Of a stretch of 64,000 bases of DNA, positions 9,463 through 19,373 are shown one piece after another. The DNA comes from an uncultured Alphaproteobacteria bacterium (GTDB lineage Bacteria; Pseudomonadota; Alphaproteobacteria; RF32; CAG-239): assembly GCA_944393225.1 (NCBI GenBank), contig CALXZK010000006.1, positions 10,004 through 74,003 on the forward strand, read 5' to 3'. Every line of letters starts with the position of its first letter. The first letter of the stretch is position 1. The translations under genes and the position numbers were made by a program. The notes under the pieces are model-generated. The model worked only from the letters and a program-made list of their open reading frames with translations. It had not been told where the DNA came from and made no database searches.

Positions 9463-9737
9463 GCGTCAGCAATTAAGGAGAAAATTTCCAAGCATGACGC
9501 ATATTCGCCGCGCGTCGGTTAAATTTTCTTTAATTGACGTGCTGCACCGGAAGTTTTTGACGACGTGTACATTTTGAGGTATACGAGAAGAAAATTTCCA
9601 AGCATGACTCTTATTCGCCGCGCGTCGGTTAAACTTTCTTTAATTGACGTGCTGCGCTGAAAGTTTTTGACGACGTGTACATTTTGAGGTACACGAGGAA
9701 AAAATTTTCAAGCATGACGTTAATTAAAGGAAGTTTA
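9463..9737. repeat. 110-bp tandem (about 2.2 copies) palindromic element
   Basis: Units at 9481-9590 and 9591-9700, partial unit 9701-9719. Internal CGTGTAC-n-GTACACG hairpin; long inverted arms 9630-9650 / 9717-9737. Confidence 0.85.
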
Positions 9738-9742
9738 AAAAA

Positions 9743-11419
9743 ATGAAAGATGATGTAAAAGGCTTATACCTTGCTGTTATCGCGTCTATTATCGTGATTT
9801 TTGTAACCAATTTGTTGTTCCCTAAAGAGCAGGTACAACCAAACCAACCGGCTCCGCAAATTGAAGAAAGTGTTGAAAATGAAGAACCGATCAAAAATGA
9901 CACCGTTGTTTTTGATGAAGCTCCTCTGGATAAAACAGCAGCCTTAAATCAAGACAAACGCATTCAAATTAAAACACCGGCTTTGCTCGGCAGCATTCGC
10001 GTTAAAGGTGGTCGTTTTGATGAACTTTACCTTGATAAATATAAACAAACCTTAGATGCCGACAGTGAAGATGTTGAGTTGTTTGCACCTGCCAAAACCG
10101 AAAATGCTTATTACGCCGATTTTGGTTGGATTTCTATGGATAAAAACATTCGTCTTCCGGGCAGCAACACCATCTGGAGTGTTAAAGGCAAAGAATTAAC
10201 CCCTGAAACACCGATTGTTTTGGAATGGAACAACGGACAAGGTATTCGTTTCATTCGCAAAATTTCCGTTGATAAAGATTATATGTTCACATTGGAGCAA
10301 GCCGTTGAAAACAACTCCGGCAAACAAATCAGCTTATATCCTTTTGGTTTGATTAAACGCAGCTTTGACCCCAAAAATGCAAACCGCGCCATCATTCACG
10401 AAGGCATGACCGGCGTTGTCGATTCTTCCTTGGAAGAAATTAAATACAAAGACTTAGAAAGCGGTGAAAAAGAAGAATTCAAGACCAACGGCGGTTGGGC
10501 TGGTTTTTCTGACCACTATTGGTTCTCTGCTTTCATTCTGGATAAAAACAGCGAAAGCAAAGTCAAATTCAGCAACACCGGTAAAAACAGTTATCAAGTT
10601 GACTACGTTGGAACCGAACAAAAAATTGACAACGGTTCTGTTGGAATGGTTGACTTGAAAATGTTTGCCGGCGCCAAAGAAATCAAATTATTGGATAAAT
10701 ACACCAAACAATTTGATATTGAAAAATTTGATTTAGCCGTTGATTTTGGTTGGTACTATTTCTTGACCAAACCGTTCTTCTACATTTTAGACTTTTTCTA
10801 TCACTTTATCGGTAATATGGGCTGGGCAATTTTGCTCTTTGCTGCCCTGCTCCGCTTGGTAATGTATCCAATAGCCAGCAAGTCTTTTGACAGCATGTCC
10901 AAGATGAAAAAGTTGCAACCAAAAATCAAAGAGTTGCAAGAACGCTATGGTGATGACAAAATGAAATTGCAACAAGAAACTATGTTGCTTTATCGCAAAG
11001 AAAAAATCAATCCGGCTGCAGGTTGCTTACCGATGCTCATCCAAATTCCGGTATTCTTCTCTTTGTACAAAGTTTTGAATATCTCCATTGAGATTCGTCA
11101 TGCACCGTTCGTTGGTTGGATTAAAGACTTGTCTGCACCTGACCCGTTGACAATCTCCGAAATGCTTCATTTCCCCGTCCCCGGCTTTTTGGATATTGGT
11201 GTTTGGCCGATTATCATGGGAATCACCATGTACATTCAACAAAAGCTCAATCCGGCACCTACCAACAAAGATCAAGCCCGCATGTTTATGTTGTTGCCGC
11301 TCATCTTCACATTCATGCTCGGTCACTTTGCTGCCGGTTTGGTAATCTACTGGAGCTTTAGTAACCTCTTGTCCATCATTCAACAAAAAGCCATCATGCG
11401 CAAAAACGGAGTAGACTAA
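9743..11419 (+). CDS. yidC: Membrane protein insertase YidC
   Basis: [67 protein letters not shown]. Confidence 0.97.
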   Translation: MKDDVKGLYLAVIASIIVIFVTNLLFPKEQVQPNQPAPQIEESVENEEPIKNDTVVFDEAPLDKTAALNQDKRIQIKTPALLGSIRVKGGRFDELYLDKYKQTLDADSEDVELFAPAKTENAYYADFGWISMDKNIRLPGSNTIWSVKGKELTPETPIVLEWNNGQGIRFIRKISVDKDYMFTLEQAVENNSGKQISLYPFGLIKRSFDPKNANRAIIHEGMTGVVDSSLEEIKYKDLESGEKEEFKTNGGWAGFSDHYWFSAFILDKNSESKVKFSNTGKNSYQVDYVGTEQKIDNGSVGMVDLKMFAGAKEIKLLDKYTKQFDIEKFDLAVDFGWYYFLTKPFFYILDFFYHFIGNMGWAILLFAALLRLVMYPIASKSFDSMSKMKKLQPKIKELQERYGDDKMKLQQETMLLYRKEKINPAAGCLPMLIQIPVFFSLYKVLNISIEIRHAPFVGWIKDLSAPDPLTISEMLHFPVPGFLDIGVWPIIMGITMYIQQKLNPAPTNKDQARMFMLLPLIFTFMLGHFAAGLVIYWSFSNLLSIIQQKAIMRKNGVD

Positions 11420-12066
11420 TGGAATTCGCCACCCCAGAGTATAATCAAGAGTCCTTAAAAGAAGCCGAAGCTTTTTTCAAGCAACCCTGCACCTTTGTAC
11501 TCGGGGTGGCTAAGTTAGAGCAACTTCCTTTAACCGAAATGCCCGAAGTGGCTTTTGCCGGACGTTCCAATGTCGGAAAGTCGAGCATCATCAATGCGCT
11601 GACCAGCCAAAAAAGTTTGGCTAAAACCTCTAATACCCCCGGACGCACTCAACAACTAAACTACTTTAACTTGGGCGACAAAATCCATATTGTTGACCTC
11701 CCCGGTTATGGCTTTGCCCAAGCACCGGAAAGCATGGTCAAGCAATGGCAAAATCTCATTTTTGCTTATCTGCAAGGTCGCGTAAACTTAAAAAGAGTTT
11801 TTGTTTTAATCGATTCGCGCCATGGCATTAAAAAGGTTGATTTAGAGATTATGGAAATGCTGGACAAAGCTGCCGTCACCTACCAAATTGTCTTGACCAA
11901 AACCGATAAAATCAGCGCCAAAGCCTTAGAAAAAGTTTTGCAAGAAACGCAAAAGACCATCAAAGAACACGCAGCTGCCTATGTTACCGTTTTAGCCACA
12001 AGCTCAGAAAAGAAAAGCGGCTTAAACGAATTGCGCTACGAAATTCAATCTTTAGCACTGTCATAA
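11419..12066 (+). CDS. engB: Ribosome biogenesis GTPase YihA/YsxC (EngB)
   Basis: G1 [18 protein letters not shown]3 DLPGYG, G4 TKTDK. Confidence 0.96.
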   Translation: MEFATPEYNQESLKEAEAFFKQPCTFVLGVAKLEQLPLTEMPEVAFAGRSNVGKSSIINALTSQKSLAKTSNTPGRTQQLNYFNLGDKIHIVDLPGYGFAQAPESMVKQWQNLIFAYLQGRVNLKRVFVLIDSRHGIKKVDLEIMEMLDKAAVTYQIVLTKTDKISAKALEKVLQETQKTIKEHAAAYVTVLATSSEKKSGLNELRYEIQSLALS

Positions 12067-12156
12067 AAAGTACACAATAAAAAACTTGTCAGATAAAAAT
12101 TTAAGGCATAATATTTTCTGTAGAAAAAATATTATTAACCCTTAAATATATGTCTT

Positions 12157-12318
12157 ATGAAAACATTTTTAATTTACCTTGGCATGCTGCTTTGCGCCGG
12201 GGGTATGTTTTATGGTCTATACAATGAAACATCAAGACCATACGTTATTATGTTCATTTTATTTACTTGGGGAGTAATGCTCCAAGAAATGAAAAAAGCA
12301 CCAACGATAGAAGACTAG
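12157..12318 (+). CDS. Small two-TM orphan protein (53 aa)
   Basis: Manual translation MKTFLIYLGMLLCAGGMFYGLYNETSRPYVIMFILFTWGVMLQEMKKAPTIED; promoter-like TTGTCA-17-CATAAT upstream and a hairpin directly downstream. Confidence 0.55.
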   Translation: MKTFLIYLGMLLCAGGMFYGLYNETSRPYVIMFILFTWGVMLQEMKKAPTIED

Positions 12319-12369
12319 AAAAAAACCGTACTGAAAAGATAACTAAAAACTTTTCCGTACGGTTTTTTA
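12319..12369 (+). terminator. Terminator-like hairpin
   Basis: AAAAAACCGTAC-GAAAAG...CTTTTC-GTACGGTTTTTT. Confidence 0.65.
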
Positions 12370-12450
12370 TTGCATTTTTTTGAAAAAAAACATATTTATT
12401 TATGAGAATAGATATTAAAGAGATATTATTAACCCCAAAATTCAAACAAT

Positions 12451-12675
12451 ATGAAAAAAAAGAAAAAATTTTTAAATCGCACTATATGCGGATTGTTATC
12501 AATTTTCATTTGTGTAATTGGAGTCGCTTGCATGGCCGGTATTACCTATCTGATTTATCTGCCGCAAAGCAGAATCCCCATTATCACATTTATTGTGATT
12601 GCATGGATTTATGCCATTTGGGAGCTATGTCACACCCAAGCCACTCCGGAAAAAATTGAAAAAGAAGCCTCTTAA
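12451..12675 (+). CDS. Small two-TM orphan protein (74 aa)
   Basis: Basic N-terminus, two hydrophobic segments; ends in a bidirectional hairpin (12659-12690) shared with the convergent gene. Confidence 0.55.
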   Translation: MKKKKKFLNRTICGLLSIFICVIGVACMAGITYLIYLPQSRIPIITFIVIAWIYAIWELCHTQATPEKIEKEAS

Positions 12676-12687
12676 GGCTTCTTTTTT

Positions 12688-13386
12688 TTAAGCAAATTTC
12701 TTAAAAAAATCCTTCCGAGCTCGCCGTCCCATACTCCAAAGATTGCCGATTCCGTTAATTGGTTGAACCTTGTAAAGAGATTTGAAATCAAAATTACGAG
12801 AGAAGAAAACCGATGTGGTTTTTGTATAATTATTCATCGGGCAAAAGCCATAAAAATCCACCTGCAAAAGCCCTGCCTGTTTCAAAATTTCCACGGCATG
12901 CACATATTCCAAACTGGTATTGATTCTGTCACTGTCATCTAAAATAATCATGCCCCCGTCAGCCAATTTTTGTACGGCAGCCTCGGCACATTTTTCACGA
13001 CGTTTTCCATCGACCACAATCACATCATACTTTATATCATCTTCAAAAATGGCCTTTTCATAAATTTCGCCTTCATCGCGCCAACGAATATCCAAATTTT
13101 GCATTTGAAACTCATTTTTCCAACGCGTAAAATAATTTTGGTTATCTTCAATAGAAGTGACCGTTAAAGCTCTCTCTGCCCAAAATGCCGAGGAATAGCC
13201 ACAACCATATTCAAATATTTTTTTGTCATGATAATCAAATTGCACCAAATATTCAATTGCCGGATACGTGTACCATGGCAACGGATTTCCATCTTTATCG
13301 GCACAAATTTTTTCATCTATGCTTTTTTTGAGAGCATATTCTTTTGCCCAAACATCAATCACTTTTTGAAATTTTTCACTATACAT
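12688..13386 (-). CDS. Class I SAM-dependent methyltransferase-like protein
   Basis: PLPWYTYPAIEYL, IFEYGCGYSS (motif I), YDVIVVDG, GGMIILDDS. Confidence 0.8.
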   Translation of the reverse strand: MYSEKFQKVIDVWAKEYALKKSIDEKICADKDGNPLPWYTYPAIEYLVQFDYHDKKIFEYGCGYSSAFWAERALTVTSIEDNQNYFTRWKNEFQMQNLDIRWRDEGEIYEKAIFEDDIKYDVIVVDGKRREKCAEAAVQKLADGGMIILDDSDRINTSLEYVHAVEILKQAGLLQVDFYGFCPMNNYTKTTSVFFSRNFDFKSLYKVQPINGIGNLWSMGRRARKDFFKKFA

Positions 13387-13471
13387 ATTTTTGCCCCGTT
13401 GAAAATATCATATTCATACATATATCAAAGATGTTACAAACAACAAACCTTTTTTAATAAGGATAAACAAC

Positions 13472-13657
13472 ATGAAGATGATTAGAAAAATTGCTTATAT
13501 TTTAACCTTAATCGGTGCTTTGAACTGGGGTTTGGTCGGTGTTGCTCAGTTTGACTTGGTTGCCGCCATTTTCGGCATCGGTTTAATTGCCAACATTATC
13601 TATTCCTTGGTTGGTATCTCAGCTCTATGGCTTATTTTTGCTCCTAAAGGCGAATAA
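13472..13657 (+). CDS. DUF378 membrane protein
   Basis: IGALNWGLVG...DLVAAIFG...IIYSLVGISA. Confidence 0.9.
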   Translation: MKMIRKIAYILTLIGALNWGLVGVAQFDLVAAIFGIGLIANIIYSLVGISALWLIFAPKGE

Positions 13658-13712
13658 TTTTTGTGTAACACACTCTCCTAAAAAAATAAAAAGGGCTTTT
13701 GCCCTTTTTATT

Positions 13713-14747
13713 TTATGCAATTCTAGCCAATTTCGAGGCTGCCGAAGCAATTTGCATAATGGTATAAGAGGCAATTTCTTCCACCGGCATATTGGTTGTT
13801 TTGCAATCTTTTTCTGCCTTAAACAACAATTCCAAAACAGACAACACGCGTTCTCTCGGCCAGATGGAAACTTGTTTTTTAAAGCTTGACTCACGAAAAA
13901 AAATAATTTTCGGAACCAACTTAAAAACCGCCTTATCCAAAGTATCGCCTTTTTCCATATAGGCTTTCACGGTCAAAATTTTGTTAAAATGATACGAAAG
14001 AGAACGAATAATGGAAATCGGCTCATTCCCCTCATTAACCAGTTTTCTAAAAGCCTTTAGTGCTTTATCCGTTTGCCCGTTAGCGGCAAAATAACAAACA
14101 TCATCTCCGCTCGCTGCCGATTGGTCACTGATGCAAATTTGAATATCATCAGTACTGACATTTTTCTTATCACCCATATAGGTAATAAGCTTTTCAATTT
14201 CACCCAAATTTGTTTTTCTATCATTTGAAAGGCGAGAACACAAAAGCTGCAAAGCCTCATTTGTAATCGTCAATCCGTTTTCAGTGAACATAGAGCGTGC
14301 CGTAGCAAAAATATCTTCATCTCTGTCTTCATAGCAAGCTATTAAGCCCATATCTTCACGTTCTTCAGTTAAAGTTACCAAAGAAGATTTTTTGTTCAAT
14401 GATGTTGAAGATATAATTACCAAAGTATCGGAAGGCGTGCCGTCAAACATGGTTTTAAGATGTTTGGTCAAATTATTATCGGCATCCTTTACCACAATCA
14501 CACGTCTACCACCCATTAAAGATTGGCTGGTATATTCTGCAAACAAACTTCCGATATCAGCCAAAACATCGGCACAATTAAAATAAACAACAGAGAATGG
14601 ATCATACAAATCTTTGGAAACGGTTTGAATAAGCTTTTTGACATATTCATTAACCAAACCGTCATTAGAACCGTAAATAACAAAAGCTTTTACTGCCAAA
14701 TCAGGCTTTTTCAAATATTTATCTATTTGTGCCTGCTTGTAAATCAC
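13713..14747 (-). CDS. holA: DNA polymerase III subunit delta
   Basis: VIYGSNDGLV, SLMGGRRVI, EIEKLITY; directly downstream of lptE; GTG start overlapping the lptE stop. Confidence 0.92.
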   Translation of the reverse strand: MIYKQAQIDKYLKKPDLAVKAFVIYGSNDGLVNEYVKKLIQTVSKDLYDPFSVVYFNCADVLADIGSLFAEYTSQSLMGGRRVIVVKDADNNLTKHLKTMFDGTPSDTLVIISSTSLNKKSSLVTLTEEREDMGLIACYEDRDEDIFATARSMFTENGLTITNEALQLLCSRLSNDRKTNLGEIEKLITYMGDKKNVSTDDIQICISDQSAASGDDVCYFAANGQTDKALKAFRKLVNEGNEPISIIRSLSYHFNKILTVKAYMEKGDTLDKAVFKLVPKIIFFRESSFKKQVSIWPRERVLSVLELLFKAEKDCKTTNMPVEEIASYTIMQIASAASKLARIA

Positions 14748-15289
14748 AGCTGTTGTCCTTTCTTAAAGTGCGCATGAAAATATGCTCCGATACGCAACGT
14801 GATATCGTTAGCAATAATTTTTGCAGCATCGGTTTGTGTTTTTTTCTTGGCAAATGTTGTTGAATAAGGGTTTGCTAAAATATCATAGCTGACATAGGCA
14901 ATACTATCGCCGCTTACCAAAACTTCATTACTTTCCGCACCCAGCAAACGATAATTAACTTTATAGCGAACTCTTTCACGTGTTGCGGTAATATCATCAC
15001 GCATGGCTTGTTGCGTAATTTCAATTGGGGTTACATCGACAAACAGACGATAAGTTGGCTTTTTAGGAGCACCAAGAGGTGTCAGCATATCCAACAAATC
15101 ATTTCTAAGTTCTTGTCCAAAGCGATCAGCAATTGTTTGGACTTTGATTTTAGCCATTTCTGCAGAAATTGAAGTATCAAATTCGCCACCGAAATACCAT
15201 GAACTTTCTTGCTTTTTTTGCACGTATAAAGGTTCAAAACCACAAGCAGAAATAAAAAGTACCAAAAACAAAAGCCAACATTTTTTCAT
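14744..15289 (-). CDS. lptE: LPS assembly lipoprotein LptE
   Basis: Lipobox ISAC followed by GFEPLY; GQELRNDL; located between leuS and holA. Confidence 0.85.
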   Translation of the reverse strand: MKKCWLLFLVLFISACGFEPLYVQKKQESSWYFGGEFDTSISAEMAKIKVQTIADRFGQELRNDLLDMLTPLGAPKKPTYRLFVDVTPIEITQQAMRDDITATRERVRYKVNYRLLGAESNEVLVSGDSIAYVSYDILANPYSTTFAKKKTQTDAAKIIANDITLRIGAYFHAHFKKGQQL

Positions 15290-15437
15290 TATAAAAATCC
15301 TTATTATCAAACTTAAGCCAACTTTAGCATAAATACCGCGCAAGGCAACGATTTTTTATTGCCAAAACACATTTATCTGTTTATCTTGAAAACAGAAAAT
15401 AATTATCATGAATATATTAACTCTAACAGTTATAATT

Positions 15438-16244
15438 ATGAAAACAAAAGAAGAACTTCTGGCTATTTTACAAAAATTAGGTTTAAGTTTTTGTATCAGT
15501 AACTCAATCCACCCCGGAACCTGGGTTTTCAAAATTGAAAAGAACCTGAATTTTATGCAAAAAGACAGTATTAACACTGAAATTGAATACCACTTCGGTT
15601 ACATGACCTCATGGCACAAAAATTGGCTCACGGTCTATCCTGAAATAAGCAGCCGTGTTTTAAACAATTTCAGAAATATCATTGATGATATTGGTAATGC
15701 TCATCAGTTTTATTTCAAACCGCCGTTCATCTTTCGCGAACAGGAAAATTTATCATCTCAACAATTCATTGTTAAGGTCAATTTTAATACTCCTGCCACA
15801 AAAAAAATCTTAAAAGAAATTTGCTGGAAATTTCAAGAAGAAACCAACATCTTTTGCAAAGTTTTATCAAACAACGAATTTCTGATTGATTGCGCAACAC
15901 CGGTTGATGTTGATGCGTTGAAACGCGAACGACAAGAAGCCTTAAAGAAAAAACATTACGCAGATGAATGTGGAAAATTATCACGAAGATTGGACATTCC
16001 TTTTGTTAATGTTTTAGCTATGGGAACGGATGAAAAGCTTTTGGAAAGACACTTGGTATCAATGAACCGAGCCGCCGGCTTAATTGCAGCGCAAGACAAG
16101 AGCGAAAAGAAACTTCTTTTTTATCAGATTTTTAAAGGCAGCAAAGAAGTCAAAACCAAAGCCATTAAAAGTCTGGGAATTGAAATTGGTAACGCAGATG
16201 TCATGCGTATCGATTTTTCAAGCTTAAAAGATGCTTTTAAGTAA
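15438..16244 (+). CDS. Hypothetical orphan protein inserted antisense between leuS and lptE
   Basis: Long ORF (alternative start 15408); no motif recognised. Confidence 0.65.
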   Translation: MKTKEELLAILQKLGLSFCISNSIHPGTWVFKIEKNLNFMQKDSINTEIEYHFGYMTSWHKNWLTVYPEISSRVLNNFRNIIDDIGNAHQFYFKPPFIFREQENLSSQQFIVKVNFNTPATKKILKEICWKFQEETNIFCKVLSNNEFLIDCATPVDVDALKRERQEALKKKHYADECGKLSRRLDIPFVNVLAMGTDEKLLERHLVSMNRAAGLIAAQDKSEKKLLFYQIFKGSKEVKTKAIKSLGIEIGNADVMRIDFSSLKDAFK

Positions 16245-16249
16245 CACCC

Positions 16250-16290
16250 AAAAAAAACACGCTGAACAAAAAATTCAGCGTGTTTTTTTT
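16250..16290. terminator. Bidirectional terminator between the orphan gene and leuS
   Basis: AAAAAAACACGCTGAA-loop-TTCAGCGTGTTTTTTT. Confidence 0.85.
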
Positions 16291-16304
16291 CATTTCAATT
16301 TACT

Positions 16305-18782
16305 TTAGGCAACGATATTGCAGATTTTGTTCGGAACAACAATAATCTTCTTAATTTCTTTACCTTCAAGCTGACGTTTCACATTTTCAACCGCCAAAGC
16401 TGCAGCCTCAACATCAGGGCGCGGAGCATCTTTCGGCATGGTGATAGTTCCGCGAACCTTACCGCAAATTTGTACGGCAATTGTCACTTCATTATCTTGT
16501 GCGAGTTTTGCATCGCCTTTCGGCCAAGCTTCGGTAATAACCAAAGTTGTCTTGCCCATACGAGCCCACATTTCTTCAGCCAAGTGCGGTGTGAACGGAG
16601 AAAGCAGTTTGAGCAAGTTCAAATACATTTCTTCAGGAATTTTCTCCATAGAACTCATATAGTTCACATATTCCATCAAAGAAGAAACGGCAGTATTGAA
16701 CTTCATTTGGTCAATACGTTCGGTCACTTCCAAAATGCACTTGTGCATAGCACGCAAGTCTTTTTCAGAAGCTTTAACATCAGCAACCTTCTTGAACAAG
16801 CCGTAAACTTTGTTCACAAAGCGGTATACACCCATCAAGCTTTCTTCTGACCACATAGCCACCTGATCAAATGGTCCGATAAACATTTCATACAAACGAA
16901 ATGTATCGGCACCATAAGCATCAACAATATCGTCAGGGTTGATAACATTGCCGCGAGATTTAGACATTTTCTCGCCGTTTTCAGCCAAAATCATACCATG
17001 AGACGTACGTTTGTTGTAAGGCTCACTGGTTGGAACCAAACCACAATCATGAAGGAATTTGTGCCAGAAACGAGAATAAAGCAAGTGCAAGGTGGTGTGT
17101 TCCATACCGCCGTTATACCAATCCACATTCATCCAATAGTCAAGAGCTTCTTTAGAAGCAAATTCTTTTGTATTGTGAGGATCGCAATAACGTAAGAAAT
17201 ACCAAGAAGAACCTGCCCAGTTCGGCATGGTATCGGTTTCTCTGCGAGCATGACCACCGCATTTCGGACATTTAGCATTGAGCCAATCTCCGGCTTTAGA
17301 AAGCGGAGATTCACCTTCATCATTGGGATGATAATCCGGAACTTCCGGCAAAGTTAACGGCAATTCAGATTCCGGAATGGGTTGCCAACCGCATTTTTCG
17401 CAATAAACCATCGGAATTGGCTCACCCCAATAGCGTTGACGAGAGAAGACCCAGTCACGCAGTTTGAAGTTTACTTTAGCTTGGCCGAAACCGTTCTTAA
17501 CGGCATAGTCGGTAGCAGCCTTCATGGCATCGGTTTTGTTCATACCGTCTAAGAAACCGGAATTGATGTGCGGACCATCTTCTTCAAAAGCTTTTTCAGA
17601 AATATCACCGCCATCCAAAACTTGAATAATCGGCAAGTTGAAAGCTTTGGCAAAGTCATAGTCGCGTTGGTCATGTGCCGGAACTGCCATAATTGCGCCG
17701 GTACCATAACCGGTCAAAACATAGTCGGAAATAAAGACCGGAATCAAGTCACCGGTATAAGGATTTTTAGCCTTAATACCTTTGAGTTCAACACCGGTTT
17801 TACTATCTGTCATTGTACGTTGCAAATCAGACTTTTTCGCGGTTTCATCAACATAGGCTTGAACTTCGGCAGCATTTTCAAACTTGTCCATCAATTCGGC
17901 AACAAATTTGTGTTCCGGTGCCATAACCATGTAAGTTACACCAAAAGCAGTATCCGGACGAGTGGTAAATACGGTTAATTTTCGGTCCAAAGATTCGCCG
18001 TTGTTGTCAGTTAAACCAAAGTCGAGCTCTGCACCTTCGGAACGACCAATCCAGTTGATTTGTTGAGATTTAACGCGGTCAATAAAGTCCACATCTTTCA
18101 AGTCATTAATCAATCTGTCGGCATATTTGGTAATGGCAATCATCCATTGTTCTTTATTTTTACGAACGACTTGTGCGCCGCAACGTTCGCAACAACCGTT
18201 AACAACTTCTTCGTTTGCCAGACCAACCTTACAGCTCGGGCACCAGTTGATGGCGATTTTATCTTTGTATGCCAAACCTTTTTCAAAGAATTTGATGAAC
18301 ATCCATTGTGTCCATTTATAATATTCTGGATCACAAGTAGAAATGCATCTGTCCCAGTCAAAACTGAAACCCAAAGACTTTAATTGACGGGTAAAGTTTT
18401 CAATATTGGCTTTGGTAGAAACAGCAGGATGCACACCGGTTTTAATGGCATAGTTTTCAGCCGGCAAACCAAAAGCATCAAAACCCATTGGATACAAAAC
18501 ATTAAAGCCTTGCATGCGTTTTTTACGAGAAATAACGTCAAGTGCGGTATAAGAACGCGGGTGACCAACGTGCAAACCGGCACCTGATGGGTAAGGGAAC
18601 TCTACCAACGCATAAAATTTTTCTTTATTTTTATCGATTTCTACTTTGTAGGCTTTTTCTTTTTCCCAAATGGACTGCCATTTTTTTTCAATAGCTTTGA
18701 AGTTGTAGCGGTCTTCCAGTTTCCATTCCTTAGACCATTCATCAAAGCTTTTACCGTTATATCTATCACAATTTTCACACAT
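16305..18782 (-). CDS. leuS: Leucine--tRNA ligase
   Basis: HIGH-type FPYPSGAGLHVGH, editing-domain VFTTRPDT and GTGAIMAVPAHDQRD, KMSKS. Confidence 0.98.
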   Translation of the reverse strand: MCENCDRYNGKSFDEWSKEWKLEDRYNFKAIEKKWQSIWEKEKAYKVEIDKNKEKFYALVEFPYPSGAGLHVGHPRSYTALDVISRKKRMQGFNVLYPMGFDAFGLPAENYAIKTGVHPAVSTKANIENFTRQLKSLGFSFDWDRCISTCDPEYYKWTQWMFIKFFEKGLAYKDKIAINWCPSCKVGLANEEVVNGCCERCGAQVVRKNKEQWMIAITKYADRLINDLKDVDFIDRVKSQQINWIGRSEGAELDFGLTDNNGESLDRKLTVFTTRPDTAFGVTYMVMAPEHKFVAELMDKFENAAEVQAYVDETAKKSDLQRTMTDSKTGVELKGIKAKNPYTGDLIPVFISDYVLTGYGTGAIMAVPAHDQRDYDFAKAFNLPIIQVLDGGDISEKAFEEDGPHINSGFLDGMNKTDAMKAATDYAVKNGFGQAKVNFKLRDWVFSRQRYWGEPIPMVYCEKCGWQPIPESELPLTLPEVPDYHPNDEGESPLSKAGDWLNAKCPKCGGHARRETDTMPNWAGSSWYFLRYCDPHNTKEFASKEALDYWMNVDWYNGGMEHTTLHLLYSRFWHKFLHDCGLVPTSEPYNKRTSHGMILAENGEKMSKSRGNVINPDDIVDAYGADTFRLYEMFIGPFDQVAMWSEESLMGVYRFVNKVYGLFKKVADVKASEKDLRAMHKCILEVTERIDQMKFNTAVSSLMEYVNYMSSMEKIPEEMYLNLLKLLSPFTPHLAEEMWARMGKTTLVITEAWPKGDAKLAQDNEVTIAVQICGKVRGTITMPKDAPRPDVEAAALAVENVKRQLEGKEIKKIIVVPNKICNIVA

Positions 18783-18806
18783 ATTTACTTTACCTTGTAT
18801 TTGTTT

Positions 18807-19247
18807 TTATTGAATAAAACTTTGTTGATATAAAATTCTTGCTCTTTTTAAGATAGAGAGTTCAATCACTTGTTCCATCTCCAAAGACATATTTTCGGTT
18901 TGCCATTCCCCGTTCACGAGTTTTCGGCTTTGTCCTTTGACCTTAACCCCATCGGAACGCAACTCTTTAGAAAGAATTTGAACCTCAAGTTTGAACTGCT
19001 CTTTAGCTTTTTGTGATTCGTTATACCAGCCGGTTACAATCACCCCTGTATCTTGATTTTTGCTTTGAATGGGCATAAAGCCCAATTTGTCAAGAGATGC
19101 TTGCCACAAGAACGGATTAACTTTCGATTCGCGAACTTCTTCTTGCGGTTTTTCTTCTGCCCACGGATTCCATTGTTGCATATAAGCACAACCGTTAAGC
19201 AGAAATGCACCGATTATCATCAGAGGGACAAACTTTTTCATCGTCAT
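18807..19247 (-). CDS. DUF3576-like lipoprotein
   Basis: Lipobox LNGC; VNPFLWQASLDKLGFMP...GVIVTGWY...IL-RAR; usual position upstream of leuS in alphaproteobacteria. Confidence 0.8.
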   Translation of the reverse strand: MTMKKFVPLMIIGAFLLNGCAYMQQWNPWAEEKPQEEVRESKVNPFLWQASLDKLGFMPIQSKNQDTGVIVTGWYNESQKAKEQFKLEVQILSKELRSDGVKVKGQSRKLVNGEWQTENMSLEMEQVIELSILKRARILYQQSFIQ

Positions 19248-19373
19248 TTTCCTTCATTTTTTTCAAAATTAATTAAACCTATAATAATTTTGTTGAAAAC
19301 ACAATAGACTTAATGCAAAACTTCCACTAGAATGCATCAAAAGATTGAATAATTTTAATCAGGAAAAGAAAAA

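Noticed and set aside
9481-9719. Possible CRISPR array
   Set aside because: The units are 110-bp near-identical tandem copies with no unique spacers, and there are no cas genes in the window.
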